Of a DNA stretch of 12,577 bases, positions 1 to 9,039 are shown in pieces. The position numbers and the translations under genes are program-made. The notes under the pieces were generated by a model. That model ran no database searches. It saw nothing but the letters and a program-made list of their open reading frames with translations, and was not told the origin of the DNA. Location of the stretch: the NCBI GenBank assembly GCA_000388065.2, contig KB932207.1; one strand, given 5' to 3'. Each line of letters begins with the position of its first letter. Within the stretch, counting starts at the first letter, position 1. The DNA comes from Fonticula alba ATCC 38817 (lineage: Eukaryota > Protista > Nucleariida).

Positions 1-941
1 CCCCCCCCGCCGCCGCCGCCGCCGTACGGCCTCCCGATCTCTGGGGCATGGGCGGGGGGATGGGACGGGGCATTCTTGCTCACGCCCCAGCCCGAAGAGT
101 GGCGGTTGCGAGCCAGCGCGCGATCTTCCGGCCGCCGACGGGGGCCAGGGGCGCCCCCGGGCCGGAGCCTCTTTCCAGACCCCCCGCCCCTCAGAGGCAG
201 CCCCCACACCCGCTCACGCACACGTCCCTGACCCAGGGGCCTTGCCCACCCTGGCCAGGGGACCCGGCTGGCCGGCCAGGAGACCCGGGGGCCGAAGAAA
301 GCGGGCAACCGCAGAGAAGGGCCCCGCCCGGGCGTAGGCAGCCGGAGGCGCTCCCCGCCCTCCACACCCCGCGGCGCACCCAGGCGCCTCTGGCCCGCCG
401 CGCGCGCGCGCGCCCCAGAGTGCTTGCAAGGCGGATGGGCGCCCGTCCCGGGGGGGGGCCGGTGGCCCGCCTCTTAGACACGGGCCCCCGGTCAATGCTG
501 GCCGACATTGACCGGGCACCCCCGCGAACTGGGCAAGTCCCGCCCGCCTGCGTCACCCGGCGCACACCAGCACGAGAACATGGGCGCGGGCATCATGCCC
601 CCCCTTCTGACAAGTGGGAGGGTGCGGGAGGCTCCTCCTCCCCGGGCGCGCCAGGGCCGCCCCGCCCCCCCCCATCGCCCCCCGAGCGCGCAGTGCCGGG
701 GGACCGAGCCAGGGGGGGGCGGGGCGGAAGCCGCTGGCTGGACCGCCGATGTGCCGACGGATATCACACCACCGGCCTCGATGACGACCCGTGATTCGTT
801 CCCTCATGTGCCGCGGCAGGGTTTCTTGTGGCAGGGTGCTCCGCGAGGGCCCCTGCCGGCACGGCGCGCCGCAGCCCGGTATCCATGCCAATCGCTCCGG
901 GCGCTGTTACGGCCTCCTCACCCCGGCCGCGCATGCATTAG

Positions 942-958
942 CACACACACACACACAT
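942..958. repeat. (CA)n microsatellite
   Basis: gcacacacacacacacat. Confidence 0.9.
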
Positions 959-1356
959 ACAGCCATATAAATCTTCAGATGTACGCGCCCTGCTCCAGGA
1001 GGAGTCGTAGCGGCGCTGGCCATGGGGCCGGGGTGTTCGTCCTGTGGCTGAGCCTGCTGCCGCCCCCGCCCCCGCCCCCGTCCCCGCCGCACGCCGCCCG
1101 GAACCGAACCCCGGAGGGAGGATACTGGCGCCCTCGCTGGTGGGAGCGCCACGTTCCGCGCCCCCCCGCCCCCCTCCCCCCAGGCCCGCGCAGAAGGATC
1201 CCTGCGGCCGGGCGCAGCCGCGACGCGATTGCTTGTTTCCCGCTACTGCCCGGGCCGGCGCCCGGCCCTCTCGCCGTCGGCGGCTCCGCTTCCCCGGCGC
1301 ACATGGGGCGGCCGCATTGTCGGCGCCGGGGTACCGAGCGGAAGAGTTGTGATGCT

Positions 1357-1635
1357 GGGGGGGGGGGGGGGGGGGGCGCCCGGGTCCCCCCGGCCGTGCA
1401 GGGGCTCCGGGCGGCGCCCCTCACATGGCCGGGGCCAGGCATTTTCACGCCGGCCGGAAATCATGGCCAAGCCGATCTCCCACACCAGGCGGGGGACCTG
1501 TGGGCGGGACGCGCGCGCGTGTCAGCACACCCTGCCCGATCTTCGCCCGCCGTCGAGGGCGAGGGGCGGTGGGCGCGCTCACGCCGGCCTGGGCACCCTC
1601 TGGGGAGGCCGGCGGGCGGGGGGGGGGGGGGGGGG
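1357..1635 (+). repeat. Two long poly-G runs (G20 at 1357-1376, G18 at 1618-1635)
   Basis: Counted from the sequence. Confidence 0.9.
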
Positions 1636-2113
1636 CGGGCAGGGCCCCGCCGTTGGGGCGCCCAACATGTGGGCGCCGGACATATTGTCCCCGCCCCTGT
1701 CCCACCAGCCGGAGATCGCCCCCTGCTGGCAGTCAGAGACCCCGCCCTCCATTCGGGCGCGGTCCGGCGGCCGACCGATCATTCCCGGCCGGCGGCAATC
1801 CGTGCCCACGATAGCACGTCTCTCGACGCTTGCCCGTGCCTCCTTTTCGCGCGCCTTCGCCCCGGCCACCGCCGCGGGCCGGCCGCAACGCGCGCTCCCC
1901 CCTCCCCGCCCCCCCCCCCCGCCCCCTCTACCCTCCGCCTCTCCGCCCATGTCTCCAGCGCGCAAGCCCACGCCCGCCCACATACACACCCACAACACAC
2001 GCCTTCTCCCCCTCCCCCGCCCGCCCGCCTGCCTGCCCGCCCTCCCTGCGCCCTAGTCGCCCCGCTCCTTCCCTGATCCCCCGGCTGGCGGATGCATCGA
2101 TCCCGCACGGGAG

Positions 2114-3598
2114 ATGGCCCAGGTTCGCGCCAACTCGGTTGACGGGCTGTCCGACCCCACCTCGGAGGACTTCCGCCCCTGGCGCGAGTTCCTCGAAACG
2201 GCCCTCAGTGCGTGCCGGCCTTGTGAGCATGTCACACGCCGCCCCCGGTCGCCCGCTGACCCCCGTCCTCGCCTCTCCCCTCCCCCTTCCCCCCTCCTCG
2301 CCACCTGCCCCACGCACCAGCCTCCGCACGGTACCTGTCCGAACAGTGTGAGGACATCTTCAAGGACGCGCCCACGCATGTGGAAAATGCCTTCATCCAC
2401 TTTGGCCCGGGGTCGCACTTCTTCCGGACCATCGTGCGCCTGACCTCGGAGGGAACCTGGCCACCGACCGGCGGACCCAATGGCGGCATCCCCGGCGACC
2501 TGGCGGACCTCGGCCCGCCGGACCTCCTCCCCCGCCTGGCCACCATCCCCAATCCCGAAAGTGCCACCACCGGCCTGGCCGTGCTGAATTACCTGCTCCG
2601 CTGCGCCCATGGGCAGAATGACACCCTGATGCACATCTCGCGCGGGCTGATGCGCTGCCGCATCGCCAAGGCCCCGATGGCGCCGGGCCGCGGCGGCCGC
2701 GACGGCACCCCCACCCCCACCCCCACCCCCACGCCGGCCCCGCTCGCAACCACCCCCCAGCCGGCTGGCGCCTCTTCGGGCCCGGCCGCGGCCACCTCCG
2801 CCAGCGGTAGCAACAGCAGCGACATCGACCCGGAGCCCGGGACCCCGCAGGCGGCCGGACACCCACGCGCCGGGGCGGCCCGCTCCCGGCAGCAGCCCCG
2901 CTATGACATCCTGCTGTACTGCTTCGCCTGCCTGGGCCCGGTGTCCAGCGCCATCAAGACCCTCCTGTGCAAGACCTGCCGCGAGGACAATGCCCGCGTG
3001 GGCGGCCAGCAAATCTGCACCAAGGAATCCGACTGCACCCAGCTGTCCCTCAAGAACACATCCACCTGCAACAAGTGCAACCGGACGCACCGGCGCGCGC
3101 GGCCCGGCACCGGCGCCGGTACGGCCGGCACCTCCAACAGCCCGGACAGCCCGGCCGCCGTGCAGTGCTGGATCCCGGCCAAGGAGCGCGCCCCGGCCCT
3201 GCAGACCGCCATCCAGCAGGGCCCCAGCCGGCTGGGCTTCGCGGTGCGCCTGCGGCCCATCCCCCCCCCGGCCGGGGCCGGCGATCCTGAAGGCGGCCCG
3301 GAGGCCGGCCACCACTCGGCACCCGGCCCCGATGGCGCCGCGGGCCCCGTGGCCCTGTGGGTGGGCTCCGGCATGCCGGACGATGTCGCCGCCAATGGTG
3401 GCCTTCTGCCTGGGGCCCAGTCGGCGCCGCTGGTCTCGCCGCAGCCGCAGCCACAGCCGCAGCCCCATGCCTCGGGCCAGCCCCATGCGCCTGGGTATGC
3501 CCCCCCGCACGAGTCCTTCCGTAACCCCTTGCAGCCGGTCTACCATCACGTCCCTGTGCCCAGCACGGACTTGCATCAGCTCGCCCTCGACCTGCAGC

Positions 3599-3632
<34 letters not shown>

Positions 3633-4476
3633 TCAACAACAGCAGCAACATCAACAACAGCAGCAACATCAACAACAGCAGCATCTCATCCAGCAGCAGC
3701 AACACCAGCAGCAGACCCAGCAGTATCAGCGGCCGCAAATCCTGCTAGAGGCCAGCCATGATGCCAGCTACTCGCCCGAGCTCACAGCCAGGCCCGGCAC
3801 GCACAAGCACTTTCTCGAAGCCCTGGAGGCCACCCCCGGCATCTGGGAAACGGTGGCCCTGATTGCTGAGCCCTCAGTCGGCGACCTGTCGACCCTGCTC
3901 GCACCCTCCCGATCGGCCCCGGCCCCGGCCTTGGGACATGTCACCACCTTGCAGCGGCTGGGGGCCTTCTCCCAGGGCACCACCGGGCCATCGGCCGAGG
4001 TGGGCGGGGTGGACTTCTCACCGCCATTGTCGGCCAACACCGCGCACCAGCCGCCCCCGCAGCCCCCGCAGCCCCAGCAGCCCCAGCAGCCCCAGCAGCC
4101 AGCCCTGCCGGTGGATCAGGCAATGCCCGTGCGCCAGCCAGCCACACAGCCCGGTCACCATCACTCCAAAATGCCCGCCGCCCGGGACCCCGGCCGGCCG
4201 GCCGGCGAGATGGACGGTGGCGCCAGCCCAGCGACTCGACCCCCGGCAGCCACGAAGCCCAGTGCGTGTCGCCCGCTCCTTCTCTCTTTTGCCCCGGCCG
4301 CTCGGCCTCCGGGAAGCCTCGGGCACATGAGGGCGCCCCTCGACACTGACAGACCCCCGCCCGCCATACAGGCCACTCCCGTTTGGATCAGCTGGTTAAT
4401 GCATCGGCCTGTCTTTTGGGCCCGGCGGCACAGGAATACTCCCTTCACAGCAGCTCCCCGGGGGTACGCGTGTACA

Positions 4477-4514
<38 letters not shown>

Positions 4515-5447
4515 CTCTTGCCCTTCCTCCTTTTCGCTTGTGCCCCTGCCCTCCCCCCCCCCTCCTCCGCTCTCCCGAAAGGGCGGGGGCCATGGTGCCG
4601 CCGGCTCCTGCTCACCCTATGACATGCTCCTCGCCCCTCCTCCTTCTCCAGCACCAGCCAGCCGACCGGGAGAGCGCGAGCCTCCCCCCGGGCCCAGGGC
4701 CAGGCTCGATGCCCACCCCGGGGGGTGGCCTGGAGACGGCCTCGCCGCCCCCGGCGGCCAGGGCCTCGGTCCCCGGCCCGCCTAACCCGGCCCCGAGTCC
4801 CCCGGCGCCGGTGGCCCCGGCACGCGCCAAGCGCCGCCGCCATCAAGAAAGGTATGTCTGCCTCTGGCCAGCCGCTCGCCCCGTACCACGGCCGGCACCA
4901 CCGGCATGTGGCTCGCCGCCCCTCCCCCTTCGCCCCTGCCCAAGCCCGGACCCTGGGGCTCTTTGGGAAATGCGCCCGCTCTGACACCCGGCCATCCGGC
5001 AGTTCGCGCGACATGCCGGCCACCAAGCGCCCGCATGTGTATCAGGCAGCCGGGATGCCCCTCACCCCCCAGGGCCCCTTTGGCCCGATGATGGGCTCGA
5101 CCCCGGCAGGTGGGGCGGCCTGGCCCGGCGGCTCGCCCATGTTCATGCCCTACTTCCCCGGGCCCTTCGGGGCATTCCCCTTCCCGGGGCCCATGTTCCC
5201 CGGGATGTACCCGCCGGGGGTCTTCCCGGCCGGGGCCGGATTCTTCCCGGGCCCCGCCGGGGCCATGCATCCCCCCCGCCGCCCCCAGTGGCCGGGCGGC
5301 GGCGGGTCCGGCTCCTCGACCGGCAGCGAGTCCGACCCCTCAGACGGTGGGACGGGCTCCTCCTCCGGGAGGGCCTCTGACCAGAGCGACCATGGGTCGG
5401 GCTCGGATTCCGGCTCGGACCCGGGCTCCGACTCCGGCTCCGGCTCT

Positions 5448-5478
<31 letters not shown>

Positions 5479-6550
5479 ACTTCGACTCCGACTCTGGCTC
5501 CGGCTCCGGCTCTGGCTCCGGGTCGGACTCCGATGGGGAGTCCCCGCCCGGCCGGGGGTTCAGCTGGCCGCACGGGCCGGGGCTCATGCCGTCGGTGCCC
5601 GGCGGAGGGCCAGGTGTCGCGGACTTCGCCAACCCCTTCGGCATGGTCGGTGGGTCTCCCTTCCCGCCGCACTGGTCGCCCATGGGCATGATGGCCGCAC
5701 CTCCAGCCCCGGCGGCGGCGGCGGCGGCGGCGTCTCCCCGGGCGTCTAAGCACCAGTCCCGGCAGCTGTCCGGCATCAAGTCGGAGTTCGGCCGGGCGCC
5801 GGGGTCGGCGCCGTCGTCGCCGGCCCCGGGGCGCGGGTCGCCGAGCGACCGGGCCGGCGCTCGGTCCAGGTCCCGGCGCTCGGTCCCGCAGCCCGGCCCG
5901 ATGCCGGCGCCGGCGCCGCCCTTCGGGTTTTCCTTCTACGGCGGGGCCCCCGGCGCCGGGGCCGGGGTCGGCATGTGGCCGCCTATGCCCATGCCCGGGG
6001 GCTTCCCGATGGTTTTGCCTCCTGGGGCGGCCACCGGCGCCGGTCACGGCGGCCATCAACGCCCCATGTCAACAGCCATGATGATGAACCCCATGATGGC
6101 CGGGCCGATGATGATGGCCGGGCCGATGATGGGCATGATGCCGGCCGGGGCCCCCACCGCCGTCGCCCCGGCACCGGGGTCCCCCGATGGCAGTGCCAGT
6201 GCCTCCGACAGCGATCGGCCGGATTCCGGCCCCCCTTCCTCCCCCGACAGCGAGAGTGGCCCCGGTGCCGCCCCGGGCACCGGCAGTGGCGATGATCAGG
6301 CGGCAGCTCGCCAACCGCGGTCCTCCTCGTCCAGGGACAAGAATGGCCCCGGTGCCGGGCCGGCCTCGGGATCGGGCAGCAGCTCCCCGGACCGGGGCCC
6401 CTCTCCGCACACCGGCGCGCATGCCTACCACCCCCTCCGCCATGCGCCGCAACCCCCGCAGCTGTGGCACCCGGCGGCGGCCATGATGCCAATGCCCTTC
6501 CCCCTGCATGGGGGTCCCTTTGCGAGCGGCTTTGTCGGGCCCGGCGGCGA

Positions 6551-6586
<36 letters not shown>

Positions 6587-7064
6587 GGGCAATCGTCGCC
6601 GGGGCGGGCGCGCTCCGACTCCGGCCGACCCGCCGCCGATGATGCTCATGCCGCCGATGTTCCCGCCACCGGTGTTCCCGATGTCGGGCATGCCCCCGAT
6701 TCCCCTGGGGACATCTCCCTCCTCGTCGGCCGGCCGGCGGTCTCGGCGCCGGCGTCGCGAGGGCAGTGGCGGGGGCCCTTCGTCGCGGGCGGCCGACACG
6801 TCGCGGCTTCCCGGCGAGAGCCAGCTCCTCCGGCCTGTCCGGGACCAATGCTCCGATCCGGGGCCCGATGCGGCCGCCGCCGCCGCCGCCGCTGGTGCCG
6901 CTTTGGGCACACACATGCCGATGCTGACCTTCGCGCCGCAGCAGGGCTGGCTCGGTGGCGGTGTCCCGGCCGGCCAGTCATACCCCTCGTTCCCCCAGCC
7001 GGCCCCGGTGCAGCAGGGCTCCTCGCGCGGCAAGCGCCATGGGCCCGGCCCGACCCCCACGTAA
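2114..7064 (+). CDS. Five-exon orphan protein (about 1462 aa), probable nuclear/transcriptional regulator with Cys8 zinc-finger-like motif, polyQ and long low-complexity C-terminus
   Basis: Hand-built exons 2114-2207, 2321-4261, 4372-4463, 4652-4851, 5003-7064 total 4389 nt = 1463 codons including TAA. Introns 2208-2320 (GTGCGT..CAG, branch CTGAC), 4262-4371 (GTGCGT..CAG, CTGAC), 4464-4651 (GTACGC..CAG, (CT)n) and 4852-5002 (GTATGT..CAG, CTGAC) all have matching phases (1,1,0,2). The splice model links ORFs 2114, 2380, 4383, 4538 and 4725. The function call is inferred from composition and motifs only. Confidence 0.72.
2707..2733 (+). repeat. (ACCCCC)n hexamer repeat encoding TPTPTPTP
   Basis: acccccacccccacccccaccccc in exon 2. 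Confidence 0.85.
2920..3090 (+). other. Cys-rich putative two-zinc module C-x2-C-x12-C-x2-C-x12-C-x5-C-x10-C-x2-C-x3-H
   Basis: Translation [57 protein letters not shown], read directly from ORF 2380..4785 and flanked by low-complexity linkers. Confidence 0.7.
3601..3729 (+). repeat. Coding polyQ/QH tract: (CAG)9 followed by 3 x 18-nt unit CAACATCAACAACAGCAG
   Basis: Read directly: CAG x9 at 3601-3627, three exact 18-nt copies at 3628-3681, Q-rich sequence continuing to about 3729. Confidence 0.95.
4481..4511. repeat. (CT)n microsatellite in intron 3 of the large gene
   Basis: tctctctctc run visible directly. Confidence 0.95.
5393..5538 (+). repeat. (GGCTCC/GGCTCT)n hexamer repeat encoding Gly-Ser/Asp-Ser tract
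   Basis: Encodes [48 protein letters not shown]. Confidence 0.92.
6552..6590 (+). repeat. (GGC)n encoding polyglycine
   Basis: ggcggcggc run; [15 protein letters not shown] in ORF 4725..7064. Confidence 0.92.
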
Positions 7065-7339
7065 CCGGCCGGGCCGGTCCCCCTCTCGCCCTTCTCCACA
7101 TAGACAATAGACATGCGCGAAAGAGGAGCAGATGGCAAGGAAGGGCACGGGCGCTCCGGGGACCAGCTGCGAAGGGGGGCGGGGGAGGCGCGGGGCCCGG
7201 CGTGTGGACCCCGCTTGCGGCTCCGGTCTGGCTGTGAACCGCGCCGTAACTGGGAGCCCGGCTTAACTGAGCCCCGCGCCCGCGTCCCGGGCGTAGGCGC
7301 GTCAACGGGCTCGATCCGTTGGCTGCTGCCCGGGTGCCG

Positions 7340-7345
7340 AATAAA
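7340..7345 (+). promoter_or_regulatory. Candidate polyadenylation signal AATAAA of the large gene
   Basis: AATAAA lies about 275 nt after the TAA at 7064, in a rare AT-rich patch before the BLOC1S1 start. Position only; use is unverified. Confidence 0.4.
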
Positions 7346-7578
7346 AACACAACTTTGGAACGCAGGCATGCCCAGGGAAGGGCCGGAGGGGCGGGGGCGG
7401 GGGCGGGGCGGGGCGGGGCTGGGCGGGGGGACGGATTGCTTGAAGGGGACTGTTGCCGGGGGCATCGCACGGGACGAGACATCAATCCCCCCTCTCCGCC
7501 TCCCCCCTCTCCTCCCTCCCCGCTTTCCAGATCCGATCTTCCCGCCATCCGCCTCGCCTTGCCGGACGCCGAACCACC

Positions 7579-7814
7579 ATGTCCGCCAATCCCGCCGCTG
7601 TGGCCTCTCCGGGGCGCCCGGGCGCCGCTCCCGCTGCCGGGGCTGCCCCTGCGCGGCCCCCTCCGCCGGCCCTCCAGCCGCTGATGCTGAATCAGACCCT
7701 GCGTCAGTATCAAAACCAGCAGTCAGCTACTCGCGCCGAGACAGGTACCGAGTGTGGGCCTCTGCCTGCCTGCCCAATTGCACACCCTCCCCCCCCCCCT
7801 CCTCCCCATGCACG

Positions 7815-7845
<31 letters not shown>

Positions 7846-8452
7846 CACACACACAGCCTAACCTGCGATCCTCCTCCCCCGTGCTGGCGCCTCGATAGAC
7901 AACCTCCGGAGGCAGATGTCCTCGTCAGTGCGGAATTTCTCCGACCTCTCGGTCGATCTCCTCAATGAGCGGTGCGCAGCATGCGCACACCGTGTCCTGC
8001 CCTCTTCCCTTGCCCCTCGGCATCCTGCAGCTGCCTCCGCCCGTCGTACATGTATGTGTGACTGACCCATCTGAGGCTCTGTCTCTCTCTCTCTTTCTCT
8101 CTCTGTCCCCCCCCCCCGATGCATTGCCTCCCCTGCGGTCCCCTCGGTCCCGGATGGCAGCGTGATGATGGTTTTCGACTACCAACAGGCGATCGAGCAG
8201 GAGGCCAACCAGCTGCAGCAGGCGAGCGCTCGCTTCGCCAAGCAGTCGGCCCAGTGGTTGAGTCTGGTGGAGAGCTTTAACACCGCCCTGAAGGTGCGTT
8301 TCGTGTGCGCGTGCGCGTGCGCGTGCGCACACACACTCAGGAACATATGCCTGGGCGCGCGCTTGGTCCAGCTCTCGGACATGGATTGGGGGAGGCGGAG
8401 AGAGACGGCTCGCTCTCGCTCCACAGTTGTGCATCTCCCCTGACGCCCTCAC

Positions 8453-8491
<39 letters not shown>

Positions 8492-8816
8492 GAAGGAGCT
8501 GGGCGATGTCAACACTTGGGCCCAGACCATCGAGCACGACATGACCGGTATCGCTGCCGCGCTGGAGTATGTCTACAAGGGTACGCGCGAAGGCACGCTG
8601 CCCCGCACTCCGCTCGCATCCTGCCTCACACTGACACCTTTCCCGATTTGCGCGCGCACACGCACACACACACACACACTCTCTCTCTCTCTCTGGGCCC
8701 CACCGCCGGCCGGCGAATCAGGCTCTATCGAGATCATCTCCAACAACGAGACGCCGGCCGACGAGGACGCTGCGGTCGAGGAGACCCCTGCCGCGCCGGC
8801 TCCCGAGACGGCCTGA
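7579..8816 (+). CDS. BLOC1S1: Biogenesis of lysosome-related organelles complex 1 subunit 1 (BLOS1/GCN5L1), 183 aa, five exons
   Basis: Exons 7579-7744, 7899-7971, 8161-8293, 8496-8580, 8722-8816 total 552 nt. Start context ACCACCATG; all introns are GT-AG and phase-consistent. The spliced protein ...MLNQTLRQYQNQQ...DLLNERVMMVFDYQQAIEQEANQLQQASARFAKQSAQWLSLVESFNTALKELGDVNTWAQTIEHDMTGIAAALEYVYKG matches the recalled family pattern FAKQxxQWxxxVExFNxALKExGDVxNWAxxIExDMxxIAxALEYVYKG. Confidence 0.95.
7817..7853. repeat. (CA)n microsatellite in BLOC1S1 intron 1
   Basis: Visible CA run immediately before the CTAAC branch-like motif. Confidence 0.95.
8450..8490. repeat. (CA)n microsatellite at 3' end of BLOC1S1 intron 3
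   Basis: CA run between CCTGAC and the AAG acceptor at 8493-8495. Confidence 0.95.
8655..8692. repeat. Compound (CA)n(CT)n microsatellite in BLOC1S1 intron 4
   Basis: gcacacgcacacacacacacacactctctctctctctct. Confidence 0.9.
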
Positions 8817-9039
8817 TTCACCGTAGAAGCAAGGCCACGGACGGCGAGCGGGAGGGGACAGCAGCGGAGAGCCCGTACACCCCCCCCCATCCCCCCCGGC
8901 GCCTCGGCCCCAGCCTCGCCCCCCCCCCCCTCCCCTCCCCACCCCACCCCACTCCAACGTGTGACCTCACAAATATATACATGCACATGCACATGGGCGG
9001 TCCCCGCATGCTCGGAGACAGAGGGACACCCGGCTGGCC

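Noticed and set aside
48-794. 248-aa ORF and overlapping ORFs at the window start
   Set aside because: No motif or consistent splice structure was found; composition is explained by GC content.
508-2076. 522-aa plus-strand ORF
   Set aside because: It runs through a (CA)n microsatellite and G20/G18 homopolymers, has Arg/Pro/Gly composition expected from random GC-rich DNA, and shows no recognisable motif.
2053-3738. 561-aa minus-strand ORF with polyLeu
   Set aside because: It is the antisense shadow of exon 2; polyLeu is the reverse complement of the CAG tract, and stops are rare at this GC content.
4262-4785. C-terminal part of the 801-aa ORF as true coding sequence
   Set aside because: It crosses two well-formed introns and translates (CT)n as SLSLSL. 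It is kept only as a possible retention isoform.
5393-5538. Staphylococcal-type Ser-Asp repeat adhesin similarity
   Set aside because: This is compositional convergence from a hexamer microsatellite; there is no signal peptide or sortase motif, and the context is eukaryotic.
6425-7898. Several 250-350 aa ORFs spanning the end of the large gene and the intergenic gap
   Set aside because: They are alternative-frame or antisense artefacts overlapping a better-supported CDS and the BLOC1S1 first exon.
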